NCBI GenBank assembly: GCA_903896585.1
Contig: CAITYI010000221.1
Location: 1-36,261, forward strand
DNA: 36,261 nucleotides
Direction: 5' to 3'
Source of the DNA: an uncultured bacterium
GTDB taxonomy: Bacteria > Actinomycetota > Actinomycetes > S36-B12
In this document: in pieces, positions 1 through 9,800 of the stretch
Numbering within the stretch: the first letter of the stretch is position 1
Layout: each line of letters starts with the position of its first letter
The notes under the pieces: generated by a model
Databases searched by the model: none
What the model saw: only the letters and a program-made list of their open reading frames with translations
Told to the model about the DNA's origin: nothing
Made by a program: the position numbers and the translations under genes

Positions 1-674
1 AATAATTTAAGTGGCGCGCCAGCAGCAAAAAGTATTCCGCACAGGATCGCAGCCAACATGAGGGTGTTTCCGAAGTCTCCCTGAAGAAGTACCAGCCCCA
101 TTAAAATGCCGGCAACAGGCACAATGGGAATGAGCAGTGTTCCCCATGTTGGATTCAACCGATCCTTTCGGGTCAGAACCTCTGCCCCCCACACCACCAA
201 TGCCAATTTCGCAAACTCACTTGGTTGCAATCGAAATGGTCCAAAAAGTTCGATCCAATTCCGCTGACCGGCCACTTCAACACCAATGAATAGAACTGCC
301 ACAAGAAGAATAAATGCAATGGCGAGGAATACCCAAGCAATCTGTCGCCAAAACTCAACAGAGGTTCTCACCGCCAAAATTAGCGCAATAACCCCAACAA
401 CAGCAAACAATGCTTGACGTTGAACGAGGGTATAAGCCGATCCAAAAATTCGAACGCTCTCCACAGATGATGCTGATAACACCATGAGTAAACCTAGAAC
501 CAGTAACAAAATAGTGGAGCCCAAAATCAAGTAATAGGTACTCAAGGGGTGATTAAGGAGTAAGCCAATTCTTGACTTCCGCCAATTCTTGACCGACTTT
601 TCACGAAGGCTTACCGTGGGTGCGATATTCGACTTTGTGGGCTGCCGAATTGATTTCCTCAGACCAATTACCAT
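1..674 (-). CDS. ftsW: FtsW (SEDS-family peptidoglycan polymerase / cell-division protein), N-terminal part only; continues past the left edge
   Basis: Absent from the ORF track because the frame has no stop in the window. ATG at 674-672 (complement) directly abuts the murD stop (677-675). Hand translation: MVIGLRKSIRQ...LGLLMVLSASSVES...GQRNWIELFGPFRLQPSEFAKLALVVWGAEVL...GDFGNTLML. It has several hydrophobic helices and the SEDS PSEFAK motif, and sits in the expected dcw position after murD. Confidence 0.85.
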   Translation of the reverse strand, partial: MVIGLRKSIRQPTKSNIAPTVSLREKSVKNWRKSRIGLLLNHPLSTYYLILGSTILLLVLGLLMVLSASSVESVRIFGSAYTLVQRQALFAVVGVIALILAVRTSVEFWRQIAWVFLAIAFILLVAVLFIGVEVAGQRNWIELFGPFRLQPSEFAKLALVVWGAEVLTRKDRLNPTWGTLLIPIVPVAGILMGLVLLQGDFGNTLMLAAILCGILFAAGAPLKL

Positions 675-2132
675 TTATTGCTCGCCAATTCGGTGAACGG
701 CCTCTGCAAAAACATTGCCCCGGTGGCTGTAATCGGTAAACATGTCCCACGAAGCACATCCTGGCGCTAGCAGCACCGTGTCCCCCGGCACAGCCAATTG
801 TGAGGCCTGACTGACCGCATCTTCCATAGCACTAGTTTCCCGAGTGACCAGTGTGAATACTGGGACATTTGGTGCGTGTCGGCTCAGGGCTTCCTCAAGA
901 AGGTGAGCATCGGTGCCCATCAAGATAACCGCCCGCATCCGCTGAGCGTTGAGCCGTACCAAATCGTGGAAATCCTGCCCCTTTGCCAGTCCCCCAGCTA
1001 TCCAAACGACCGATGGATATGAGCTCAAGGACATATGTGCCGCATGAGCATTCGTTGCCTTTGAGTCATCAATATAGGTGACACCATTGACTTCACGAAC
1101 ATGCTGAATTCGGTGAGATGCCGGCTGATAGTTTCGAATACCGGCTCTGATGGCGGCAGGAGACACCTCACCCCGGTCACTTTCGCCGAAAGCGCGGGCG
1201 AGGGCTGCCGCTGCAAGCGCATTTTCAGTGTTGTGAAGGGCCCCTGGCTTGATGTCAGAAACAAGAGCCAACTCCTGTGCGGAATCACGTCTGTCTGCAA
1301 TAAACGCTCTGTCGACGATTGCTCCATCAACCACTCCCAACATGCTGACTCCCGGGATTCCGCGGGTGAAACCAACAGCCCGGCAGCCTTCAATGACATT
1401 GGCCTCTTTCACCATCTCGAGAGTCATCAGGTCTTGGTCGTTATACACGGCTGCGAACTGGGTTCTTTCATACACTCGAGCCTTAGCGTTGCGGTAAGCG
1501 GTGAAGTCTCCAAAGTGATCCAGATGATCCTCGGCTAAATTCAGGCACGCTGACGCCCAAGGGCTCATTGAGTTCACAAATGGCAGTTGTGGGGCACCCA
1601 CTTCAACAGCAATAACATCAAGCAGGTCATGCATCACGACATCGACGAGCGAATACCCAATATTGCCCGCTGATACTGTTCGAAAACCCGCCTCGCGCAG
1701 CATTGATTCCAACATCAGGGTTGTGGTTGTTTTCCCGTTGGTACCGGTGACGCATAGCCACTCTGCTGCGGAACTTGGATGTCGCAATTGCCATGCCAAC
1801 TCCAACTCGCCCCAAATAGGAATACCGCGATCGAGCGCTTGCCGGTGAAAAATATGGTCCGGCTGAAGTCCAGGTGAAGTCACAATAAGAGCGAACGGGA
1901 TCTCGGGAAGGGCCTGCACACCTAGGGCAACAGACGCACCCAATGAGCCTAAAATCGTTGCCTTCTCCTGCTGCTTCTCACCATCTGATGAATCAATGAT
2001 TGTTACATCAGCACCCAGCTGCATGAGAGCATCAGCGGCCGAAAATCCCGCGATCCCCACACCCAAGACTCCAACGTGAATACCCGACCAGTCCGAGTTT
2101 CGGTGCAGATTCAGGGTCACGCTCGCACCCAT
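675..2132 (-). CDS. murD: UDP-N-acetylmuramoyl-L-alanine--D-glutamate ligase
   Basis: Track ORF 675..2216. Rossmann-like N-terminus GVLGVGIAGFSAADAL and Mur-ligase P-loop VTGTNGKTTT. Start trimmed to ATG 2132; GTG 2120, giving a GTGA overlap with the mraY stop, is equally possible. The longer ORF start would overlap mraY by 100 nt. Confidence 0.92.
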   Translation of the reverse strand: MGASVTLNLHRNSDWSGIHVGVLGVGIAGFSAADALMQLGADVTIIDSSDGEKQQEKATILGSLGASVALGVQALPEIPFALIVTSPGLQPDHIFHRQALDRGIPIWGELELAWQLRHPSSAAEWLCVTGTNGKTTTTLMLESMLREAGFRTVSAGNIGYSLVDVVMHDLLDVIAVEVGAPQLPFVNSMSPWASACLNLAEDHLDHFGDFTAYRNAKARVYERTQFAAVYNDQDLMTLEMVKEANVIEGCRAVGFTRGIPGVSMLGVVDGAIVDRAFIADRRDSAQELALVSDIKPGALHNTENALAAAALARAFGESDRGEVSPAAIRAGIRNYQPASHRIQHVREVNGVTYIDDSKATNAHAAHMSLSSYPSVVWIAGGLAKGQDFHDLVRLNAQRMRAVILMGTDAHLLEEALSRHAPNVPVFTLVTRETSAMEDAVSQASQLAVPGDTVLLAPGCASWDMFTDYSHRGNVFAEAVHRIGEQ

Positions 2133-3184
2133 TCCGCATAAAAAATTGTGAGCCCCGCACCAACACAAAGCCCTTGAATAATCCAGAACCGCACCACAAT
2201 CTGGATTTCCGGCCAACCAAGCATTTCAAAATGATGATGCAAGGGGGCCATGCGCAAGATCCGGTTTCCAGTGAGTTTAAATGACCCGACCTGACCAATT
2301 ACTGACAATGTTGTAATGAGAAACAGTCCAGCAATGAGCGGAAGCAACAACTCTGTTCGAGTAAGAATTGCAAGCCCAGCGATTCCCCCACCTAGTGCTA
2401 ATGCGCCAGTATCGCCCATGAAAATACGAGCCGGAGCCGTGTTGAACCACAAAAAACCAAAGCTCGCGCCTGCGGTCGCAGCGGCAACCATGGCTAAGTC
2501 CAATGGGTTCTGCGTGTTGTAGCAAAATTCGGTCACCTCAAAAGCACAATTTTGGCCGTATTGCCAAATTGCCAGAAGCACATAGGCGAGGAAGCTCATG
2601 ATTGCTGCACCCACGGCAAGTCCATCTAGTCCATCGGTCAGATTCACTCCATTAGTTGTTGCCGTCACTAGGAACCAGACCCAAATCAAAAACAGCCCTA
2701 ATGGCAGAACAATTGGTGTATCTCGAACAAATGAAATCGCCATGGATGCCGCCGTGTTCCCTGCCTCATCGGGAAACTGAACAGATAGATAAGCGAATGA
2801 AAAGGCCACAACGGCTTGACCAATGAGTTTTGTGCGTGCCCGGAGTCCAGTACTGCGCTGCTTGAAAATCTTCAGATAGTCATCGGCCATGCCAACTAGT
2901 CCAAGTCCCACCATGAGATACAGCACAAGCAAGGCTGAAATCGAAACCGGACGCCACGTGATCAGATGCGTGAGAAAGTACCCGACAAGTACTGCCACCA
3001 GAATCGCGACGCCCCCCATAGATGGCGTTCCTCGCTTTGCTTCATGTGGCGGGTATTGCGCCCCTTCGCCGCTCACCCTGATCGCCTGCGAATAACCGTG
3101 CTTTTTCAAAAAGTTGATGAGAAGTGGAGTGCCGAGAAACGACACAAGGGTGGCAATTGCACCCGCAATGACGACGAGTCTCAT
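2117..3184 (-). CDS. mraY: Phospho-N-acetylmuramoyl-pentapeptide transferase
   Basis: 355 aa polytopic membrane protein with motifs DDYLKI, NGVNLTDGLDGLA and PLHHHFE. Lies between murF and murD. Confidence 0.95.
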   Translation of the reverse strand: MRLVVIAGAIATLVSFLGTPLLINFLKKHGYSQAIRVSGEGAQYPPHEAKRGTPSMGGVAILVAVLVGYFLTHLITWRPVSISALLVLYLMVGLGLVGMADDYLKIFKQRSTGLRARTKLIGQAVVAFSFAYLSVQFPDEAGNTAASMAISFVRDTPIVLPLGLFLIWVWFLVTATTNGVNLTDGLDGLAVGAAIMSFLAYVLLAIWQYGQNCAFEVTEFCYNTQNPLDLAMVAAATAGASFGFLWFNTAPARIFMGDTGALALGGGIAGLAILTRTELLLPLIAGLFLITTLSVIGQVGSFKLTGNRILRMAPLHHHFEMLGWPEIQIVVRFWIIQGLCVGAGLTIFYAEWVRA

Positions 3185-4614
3185 ATCACTCCCTCAGTGT
3201 GACCCTCAGAAACATTACTGAGATCTCCTGAGATAAGCGCTTCAGCCACGCGATCTAACCCCACGGATCGCGAAGCTTTTACCAGAATGACGTCATCCTT
3301 CTTTATTGTTTCGGAGAGGAATGAGATTGCTGAATCAATATTGGGCACCCAGTGGGCTTCGTCTCCCCAGGAACCCTCTTGAGATGCTCCAAGGTGAGTT
3401 ATTTTCATTGGATCGCCCACGCATACCAACAGCGAAACATCGAGTCGAACCGCGAGCCGACCCAGTGAGTCATGCTCCTCGACGGTTCGATCTCCCAACT
3501 CGAGCATGGGGCCCAGCACGGCGATACTTCTTCGACCTTTCGACATGCTCACCAAAGTCTTAAGCGCTGCCCGCATGGATTCAGGATTAGCGTTGTACGA
3601 GTCATTGATCACGGTGACCCCACTGTCCGTGGTGGTGACTTCCATGCGCCATTTACTGATGTGTTCAATGTTTCCAATTAGCTGACAAGCTTCTGTCATG
3701 GAAACACCCGCGCAATTTACTGCTGCAATCGCGGCAAGAGCATTACTGACTTGATGTTCACCAGGTATGTGCATCTCAACACGATGTGCCTGTCCTTGAA
3801 ACTCCAGCGTGAAAGAACTGCACGCATCCGAATTCAATTGAACATTGACTGCACGGTAATCCGCCAACGGGCTCTCACCGAAACTCGCAACATTTGCTGT
3901 TGTTGAAGGGCGCATTAATCGAACAAATGGATCATCTTCATTCAAAATTGCCCATGCAGCCGGGCCAAGGGATCGGATAAGTTCACCTTTCGCCAGCGCA
4001 ATGTTCTCCTGATTCCCTAAAAGTTCAATGTGGGCAGACCCAACGTTGGTGACAACCCCTATGTCTGGCACAGCCATGCGCGTTAGGGACTCAATATGCC
4101 CAAGCCCACGCATACCCATCTCCACAACTAGGTACTGCGTGGATTCGTCTGCTCTGAGTATGGTTAAGGGCAATCCAACTTCAGTATTGAATGAGCCTTC
4201 GGCCCACACCGTTGATCCAAGCTGGACCAAAATTCCTGCAATAAAATCTTTGGTTGTCGTCTTCCCACTTGATCCAGTTACTGCAATGACTTTTGCTGAT
4301 AGCTTGGTTGTGCGCGCCCAGTGGGCTATTTGACCTAAGCCAGCGATCGAATCAAACACTGTCAGGTACGGTAAACCCTCGGGAATCGCACCGGTAAAGG
4401 AGCGTTCCACAATGGCTAACCCAGCACCATTCGAATGCACGTCGCTCAGGAATTCATGTCCGTCAACTCGCTCACCCTTGATTGCTACGAAAACACCGCC
4501 AGGGATGGGGCTTCTGGAGTCAACGAAAAACCCATTGACCGTTGATTCAGGATGAGTTGAATGGAGATCACCTCCGGTGATGTGCGCCAACTCTGCCAAG
4601 GTGAACTCAAACAC
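3181..4614 (-). CDS. murF: UDP-N-acetylmuramoyl-tripeptide--D-alanyl-D-alanine ligase
   Basis: 477 aa with Mur-ligase P-loop VTGSSGKTTTKD. ATGA start/stop overlap with mraY at 3181-3184. Correct dcw position. Confidence 0.93.
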   Translation of the reverse strand: MFEFTLAELAHITGGDLHSTHPESTVNGFFVDSRSPIPGGVFVAIKGERVDGHEFLSDVHSNGAGLAIVERSFTGAIPEGLPYLTVFDSIAGLGQIAHWARTTKLSAKVIAVTGSSGKTTTKDFIAGILVQLGSTVWAEGSFNTEVGLPLTILRADESTQYLVVEMGMRGLGHIESLTRMAVPDIGVVTNVGSAHIELLGNQENIALAKGELIRSLGPAAWAILNEDDPFVRLMRPSTTANVASFGESPLADYRAVNVQLNSDACSSFTLEFQGQAHRVEMHIPGEHQVSNALAAIAAVNCAGVSMTEACQLIGNIEHISKWRMEVTTTDSGVTVINDSYNANPESMRAALKTLVSMSKGRRSIAVLGPMLELGDRTVEEHDSLGRLAVRLDVSLLVCVGDPMKITHLGASQEGSWGDEAHWVPNIDSAISFLSETIKKDDVILVKASRSVGLDRVAEALISGDLSNVSEGHTEGVI

Positions 4615-6109
4615 GATGTGTCAATTCTAGTATGACTGTCGAGTCATTGAAGGGAATCACTTCACCGTCTATCTCGATACCGCTTTCGTGCCCTTTTCCT
4701 AAAATCGCTATTCGATCACCGGGTTGCGCCAATTCCAGTGCCCGCACAAGTGCATTCCGACGACCCTCAACATTCTCAACCCGAACGTTTGGGTATTCAG
4801 AGATTCCTTGCACTATTGAATTTCGAATAACCACGGGGTCCTCTGAGCGGGGGTTGTCATCTGTGACGATGACGATATGAGAATGCCGTGCCGCCGCCGC
4901 TCCCATTAATGGTCGCTTGCTGGTGTCACGATCCCCTCCAGCTCCCATCACGGTGATCACGCTCCCGTGATCTAGGTGATGAAGTCCAGATAGAAATGAT
5001 TCAATCGCGTCAGGCGAGTGGGCGTAATCAACATAAATGGAAACTCCGTTGTGTATGCACACAAGTTGACCTCGCCCCGGAACAACTGATGAACCGACTC
5101 CATGGCACGTATCTGATGCGGAAAGCCCAACATTGGCTAGAAGCGCTATTGCCATGGTTGCGTTCATTGCATTTATAGCTCCGGGACTGGTGATGGGAGT
5201 TTGAACAACATTTCCACTTGGGTCATGGACTACCAAACCCCCATGCTCATCGAGAACACCTCGCCAATCAGGCTGCCCCTCAAATTTTGATGATGGCACG
5301 TCTATGAAAGCGGTTTGTACGGGAATCTCCGAACGAGTGAGTAATTTGCGACCCCAGGAGTCGTTAACACAGACAACCCCTCTCTGGGCGTAATCTTGTG
5401 TGAACAGCGCAGCTTTAGCTTCAAAGTAGTTTTCCATGGTTTCGTGGTAGTCCAGATGGTCATGTGACAGGTTGGTAAACCCAACAACATCAAAATTCAA
5501 TCCACTAATTCGATGCTCAGAAATCGCAATACTTGAAACTTCCATCACCACTAGTTCAATACTTTCCAAAGACATTCGCTTCAACAATTGGTAAATTTCA
5601 GGAGCCTCAGGTGTTGTGCGCACCGCAGGCAACTCGGTATCGCCAATGTATGTTGCGAGTGTACCGATCATTCCTACTTTAAGTCCGAGCGATTTGGCAC
5701 CCTGCATGACCATGTAGGCCGTCGTCGTTTTGCCATTCGTTCCGGTAATACCAATGAGCCTCATGGTTGGTCGACCGTAGATCCGTGCACAAATTTCACC
5801 AAGTCGCCTCCGAGGACCTACCGCAGTTATGAGCGGCACGCCACTTGCGACACAAAAGTCAGCGCATAGTTGCTCTCCCCTGTCATCGGTTAAGACCGCC
5901 ACTGCACCTGCACGAAGTGCTTCCGAAACGAACTCAGCCCCATGCCCATTACGTCCCGAAAGTGCAACAAATAGGTCTCCCTCGGAAATCAATTCGGAGT
6001 TCTGCGAAACACCTGTCACAGGCTGAAGTGGATCTCCTTGAACGTGACCGCCGATCAAGCTTGCAATGTCGGCAACTGTCGCTGAGCCTCTTTCGTCAGA
6101 GGAACTCAT
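4607..6109 (-). CDS. murE: UDP-N-acetylmuramoyl-L-alanyl-D-glutamate--diamino acid ligase; DNPR motif suggests a DAP-type substrate
   Basis: 500 aa with P-loop ITGTNGKTTTAYM. The C-terminal TDDNPRSEDP contains the DNPR motif associated with meso-DAP-adding MurE enzymes. 8-nt overlap with the murF start. Confidence 0.93.
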   Translation of the reverse strand: MSSSDERGSATVADIASLIGGHVQGDPLQPVTGVSQNSELISEGDLFVALSGRNGHGAEFVSEALRAGAVAVLTDDRGEQLCADFCVASGVPLITAVGPRRRLGEICARIYGRPTMRLIGITGTNGKTTTAYMVMQGAKSLGLKVGMIGTLATYIGDTELPAVRTTPEAPEIYQLLKRMSLESIELVVMEVSSIAISEHRISGLNFDVVGFTNLSHDHLDYHETMENYFEAKAALFTQDYAQRGVVCVNDSWGRKLLTRSEIPVQTAFIDVPSSKFEGQPDWRGVLDEHGGLVVHDPSGNVVQTPITSPGAINAMNATMAIALLANVGLSASDTCHGVGSSVVPGRGQLVCIHNGVSIYVDYAHSPDAIESFLSGLHHLDHGSVITVMGAGGDRDTSKRPLMGAAAARHSHIVIVTDDNPRSEDPVVIRNSIVQGISEYPNVRVENVEGRRNALVRALELAQPGDRIAILGKGHESGIEIDGEVIPFNDSTVILELTHRV

Positions 6110-6111
6110 GA

Positions 6112-7884
6112 CTAACCTCCGAAAGTCAAGGCGAGCCGTGGTGCTTTGGCTCCGGTTGGTGGGATTTCCAGCGCACCAAGAGCGTAACTCGTGACTTTCT
6201 TAAATACGGGAGCCGCCAGTTCACCGCCGTAGCGTCCTGCCTTTGGTTTGGAGATGAATACCGCGACAACCAGCTGGGGGTTATCAGCCGGGGCCATTCC
6301 GATGAAAGAGGCAACAACGTCGCGGCCATATTCTCCGGTCATCTCATCCACTATTTGGGCGGTTCCTGTTTTCCCACCGATTCGATATCCTGGGATGCTG
6401 GCAGCAGTAGCTGTCCCGCCTTCACCTACAACGCTTTCGAGCATGCTACGCACCTGCTTGGCACTCTCTCTGCTAATCACACGGGTGGTTGTCGGAGGCT
6501 CTGGCTCTTGAATCGTGCCATCGGCATGAATGATTCGTGACACTAGTGAAGGTTGAACCCTCAATCCGTCATTTGCAATTGTTGCAAATACTCCAGTGGC
6601 CTGAACCGCATTCATGCTGAGCCCCTGCCCAAATGCAATCGTGGAAAATGAAGTGGGAGACCAGTCTTCATATTCCGGAATAAAACCCTTATTTTCGCCA
6701 GGAAAATCCAAGCCCGTTTCTTGCCCAATGCCAAATTTGTTGATGTATTTTGAAAGCTTCTTTCCACCGATACGCTCCGCAGCAAGGATAGTTCCATTAT
6801 TACTGGATTTAGCCATAATTCCAGTCAACGTGAGGTTACGCGTTTCATTGGGTAGGTGTTCGCGAAATTCCTTGTCACCCCGCTTGAGAGCTCCAGGAAC
6901 CTTTATCGGCGTATACGGGTTAGCTGCGCCTTCGTTGATCACTGCTGCAAGAGTCATCACCTTGCTGGTGGAGCCAGGCTCAAAGGCGTCTGTAAGCGGG
7001 CGATTTTTAAGATTGACCTGATCACTCATTGTCGGATCATTGGAATCAAATGTTGGTGCCGTTGCTAGTGCAAGAATGTGTCCACTCTGTGGGTCCATGA
7101 CCACAACTGTTCCATCTGCCGCACCCTCTTTGGCGACTGCATCGGCAATCACTTGTTGGGCCACGAATTGAATATCGGAATCGATTGTCAGTTGTATATC
7201 TACCCCTTGTTCAGCGTTGATTTGAACATTAGCTGCCGTAGGAATAGCTCGACCGCCTATTCCACCTTCGTAGGTGACCTCCCCCGGAGACCCGCCTAAT
7301 TCCTTTTCATAGGCATATTCGTATCCGCCAAGGCCAGTACCTTCATCCCCCACGAATCCAATGATGTTAGCTGCAAGCTCCCCTGCGGGATAAATTCGTC
7401 GAGACGTTGTCTCACTGAATATTCCTGGCAGACGAAGAGCAGAAATCTGCTCCCATTTTCCTGGTGAAATCCCTTTTGCCACATACATAAATCGACGGTC
7501 ACCCGTGAGCCGAGTGGAAAGTATGTCGGCATCTGCTCCGAGGATCGGCGATAAAGCTTGTCCAACCGCAGTGGGATCTTCGATCATGGATTGATCTGCG
7601 GTCACATTTCTGGCCTCGACAGTGATTGCAAGGGCAGTCCCATTTGTGTCCAGAATTGTTCCACGTTGAGCTGGAATCTCTTGGGTACGCAGGCGTTGAT
7701 CCAGAGCGGCTGATGCAAGTTCATCACCTCGAATGACCTGCAGATCAACTAGACGAACAGCGAAAACAACAAACATTAATGACGTCACCAGAATTAAACT
7801 CAGTCCGCGCTTACTGTAATTGCCCAATTTGATTGGTGTATCCAGCACTCCCCGAGGCGGGCCTGAACTTATGCGCTTTGACAT
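6112..7884 (-). CDS. ftsI: Class B penicillin-binding protein, division transpeptidase FtsI/PBP3-like
   Basis: 590 aa with an N-terminal membrane anchor (LSLILVTSLMFVVFAV). Transpeptidase motifs STSK (SxxK), SSN (SxN) and KTGT. Lies between the ftsL-like gene and murE. Confidence 0.92.
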   Translation of the reverse strand: MSKRISSGPPRGVLDTPIKLGNYSKRGLSLILVTSLMFVVFAVRLVDLQVIRGDELASAALDQRLRTQEIPAQRGTILDTNGTALAITVEARNVTADQSMIEDPTAVGQALSPILGADADILSTRLTGDRRFMYVAKGISPGKWEQISALRLPGIFSETTSRRIYPAGELAANIIGFVGDEGTGLGGYEYAYEKELGGSPGEVTYEGGIGGRAIPTAANVQINAEQGVDIQLTIDSDIQFVAQQVIADAVAKEGAADGTVVVMDPQSGHILALATAPTFDSNDPTMSDQVNLKNRPLTDAFEPGSTSKVMTLAAVINEGAANPYTPIKVPGALKRGDKEFREHLPNETRNLTLTGIMAKSSNNGTILAAERIGGKKLSKYINKFGIGQETGLDFPGENKGFIPEYEDWSPTSFSTIAFGQGLSMNAVQATGVFATIANDGLRVQPSLVSRIIHADGTIQEPEPPTTTRVISRESAKQVRSMLESVVGEGGTATAASIPGYRIGGKTGTAQIVDEMTGEYGRDVVASFIGMAPADNPQLVVAVFISKPKAGRYGGELAAPVFKKVTSYALGALEIPPTGAKAPRLALTFGG

Positions 7885-7897
7885 TGTTCACCCGCCA

Positions 7898-8608
7898 CTA
7901 TGGAATCGGGACTGCATCAAGTAGCGCATCTTCAGATACCACTTCAGCTTCAATTACAACCGGTTCACTCCACACCCCTGTGGCCTTCTTCGAACCGTCT
8001 TTCTTAGATCCTGCACTCTGGGCCTGCTCATTGGCTTGTGCATCTGCTGCAGCTGGGTCATATCCCGCACCAGGTGCCTCAGCTTGTTCTCCTGCGATAG
8101 TCATCTCGGCCGCTTCTCCCACCGTGAGGTCCGCGGGTGTTGGAATAGAAGTGCCTTTTGCCGGTCTTGGCTTTCCTAGGACCGTGCCGTCAGGAATTTG
8201 GATGAATGCTGGCGATGTGCTCGGCACCATCCCTAGAGCTCTTGCTTGATTTTCAAGTGCTTCAGGTGCAGATAGTGCAGCGACTTCCTCTGTCAACGTA
8301 GCCTCGGTTCGCGCTAGTTCCCCATACTGTGAGCGCAACTCGCCCAACTGAAAAGCACCTTGCGCAAGTGACGTGTTAATAACCAGAATTCCAAGCATGC
8401 CAAGAGCAAGCGCACCTAGAACAAACATCACAAATATTCCATTACTCGCTTTTTGAACTCGCATGGGTGATACGAGGCGCAAATTTGCCCGCATGTTTTT
8501 GCGTACACCCTTAGTTGCGTACTCGGTGGCGGAGAACTCGGTGGCGGAGAACTCGGTAGCGGAGGACTCGGGCACCTCGCTTAGCTCAAGTTTTGGTGCT
8601 GCACTCAT
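7898..8608 (-). CDS. ftsL: FtsL-like bitopic cell-division protein with an Ala/Pro/Glu-rich C-terminal tail
   Basis: 236 aa with a single TM helix ([20 protein letters not shown]) followed by a coiled-coil-like segment ([26 protein letters not shown]). ATGA overlap with the rsmH stop at 8605-8608. Called from position (rsmH-X-ftsI) and architecture, not sequence identity. Confidence 0.65.
   Translation of the reverse strand: MSAAPKLELSEVPESSATEFSATEFSATEYATKGVRKNMRANLRLVSPMRVQKASNGIFVMFVLGALALGMLGILVINTSLAQGAFQLGELRSQYGELARTEATLTEEVAALSAPEALENQARALGMVPSTSPAFIQIPDGTVLGKPRPAKGTSIPTPADLTVGEAAEMTIAGEQAEAPGAGYDPAAADAQANEQAQSAGSKKDGSKKATGVWSEPVVIEAEVVSEDALLDAVPIP
8519..8570. repeat. In-frame 15-bp tandem repeat (3 full copies plus a partial one) inside the ftsL-like gene
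   Basis: Plus strand reads gtactcggtggcgga / gaactcggtggcgga / gaactcggtagcgga / ggactcggg. It encodes the [15 protein letters not shown] peptide repeat in the cytoplasmic N-terminus. Confidence 0.9.
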
Positions 8609-9591
8609 GCCGCAACCCCAGAATCTGAGCCGGTTGAATGAACTTGACGAATTCGCTCAGCAGCACGGAGTCGAACAGAAGCCGCTCTGGGGTTTTCTTC
8701 AATCTCAGTTTCCGATACCTTCTCTGACCCTCTCGTCAACACCCGTAGTTCAGGAAGTGCATCCTCTGGAATGACGGGCATGTCATGGGGAACATTGGCA
8801 GTTGACGCTTTGAGAAAAATTCGCTTAACAATCCGATCTTCAAGTGACTGGTATGACATAACCACTATTCGTCCATGCACTCGCAGCGCATCTATGGCTC
8901 GAGGGATTGCTCTTTCCAAAACTTCAAGTTCCGAATTGACTTCAATACGCAAGGCTTGGAAGGTGCGCTTTGCTGGGTTTCCACCGGTTCGACGTGCTGC
9001 TGCAGGTATGGCGCTTCTGATTAAGTCAACTAAACGTGCAGAGTGAGTGAAAGGCTGATCCTTACGTTCTCGAACAATTCTCTCTACGATTCTTTCCGCG
9101 AATTTTTCTTCACCATATGCTCGAAGAATCCGAACCAACTGCCCTGGTTCATATGTGTTAAGTACGTGGGCTGCAGTGAATCCCTGAGTTTGGTCCATGC
9201 GCATATCAAGTTCGGCATCCACGGAGTATGAAAACCCTCGGTCGACGTCATCGAGTTGCATTGAGGACACCCCGAGATCAAAAAGTATGCCATCTACGCT
9301 GGTAAGCCCTTGCTCGACAAGAACCTGTGGGATTTGATCGTAAACCGCGTGCACAAGGACCACCCGCTCTGCGAATGGGGCAAGGCGAATCCTGGAAAGT
9401 TCCAGGGCGTTTGTATCTCGATCAAGACCAATAACCCGGAGCTGCGGAAAGTCTTGCAATGCTTGTTCAGCGTGCCCACCATGCCCCATCGTCGCATCTA
9501 TGAGAACCGCCTCCGGATGCGAAAGGGCTGGCGCTAGCAATGCCAAAACTCGATCCCTGAGGACCGGAACATGGCGCTGCGAGGTGTTCAT
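8605..9591 (-). CDS. rsmH: 16S rRNA (cytosine1402-N4)-methyltransferase RsmH (MraW)
   Basis: Motifs [14 protein letters not shown] and [10 protein letters not shown]. Start set at ATG 9591 ([11 protein letters not shown]...). The track start at 9618 is a TTG nine codons upstream. Confidence 0.93.
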   Translation of the reverse strand: MNTSQRHVPVLRDRVLALLAPALSHPEAVLIDATMGHGGHAEQALQDFPQLRVIGLDRDTNALELSRIRLAPFAERVVLVHAVYDQIPQVLVEQGLTSVDGILFDLGVSSMQLDDVDRGFSYSVDAELDMRMDQTQGFTAAHVLNTYEPGQLVRILRAYGEEKFAERIVERIVRERKDQPFTHSARLVDLIRSAIPAAARRTGGNPAKRTFQALRIEVNSELEVLERAIPRAIDALRVHGRIVVMSYQSLEDRIVKRIFLKASTANVPHDMPVIPEDALPELRVLTRGSEKVSETEIEENPRAASVRLRAAERIRQVHSTGSDSGVAA

Positions 9592-9595
9592 ATGG

Positions 9596-9739
9596 TTAAG
9601 ACCAACTCCCCACGACAAGTGAGAGAAGATAAAAAGAGGCGCCCGTAGATATTCCTGCGGCGATCACACCAATTCCGGTTCGCACACCACTTGAAACGTG
9701 CCAGTGTCGTTGGTCGAAATATTGAGTCAGAGTTGTCAT
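9596..9739 (-). CDS. Candidate small membrane protein (47 aa), below the ORF-track length cut-off
   Basis: Hand translation: [50 protein letters not shown] at 9739. GAGGGA (9756-9751, complement) lies 11 nt upstream as a possible SD. One predicted TM helix. The stop (9598-9596) is 4 nt before the rsmH ATG. There is no homology evidence. Confidence 0.3.
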   Translation of the reverse strand: MTTLTQYFDQRHWHVSSGVRTGIGVIAAGISTGASFYLLSLVVGSWS

Positions 9740-9800
9740 TTTCTTGTCTTTCCCTCGTGGAACACGATTCGCGGTCGGGTTCAGTTCATAGAGTTAACTG

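Noticed and set aside
7-358. Track ORFs 7..192 and 173..358 on the minus strand
   Set aside because: They are alternative frames of the real ftsW reading frame (1..674, minus), which is open to the window edge and carries the SEDS motifs. The tracked ORFs have no protein-like features.
2133-2216. N-terminal 28 codons of the 513-aa murD track ORF
   Set aside because: They would overlap mraY by 100 nt and add a Cys/Trp-rich non-conserved extension. ATG 2132 or GTG 2120 (GTGA overlap with the mraY stop) fits the Rossmann N-terminus of MurD.
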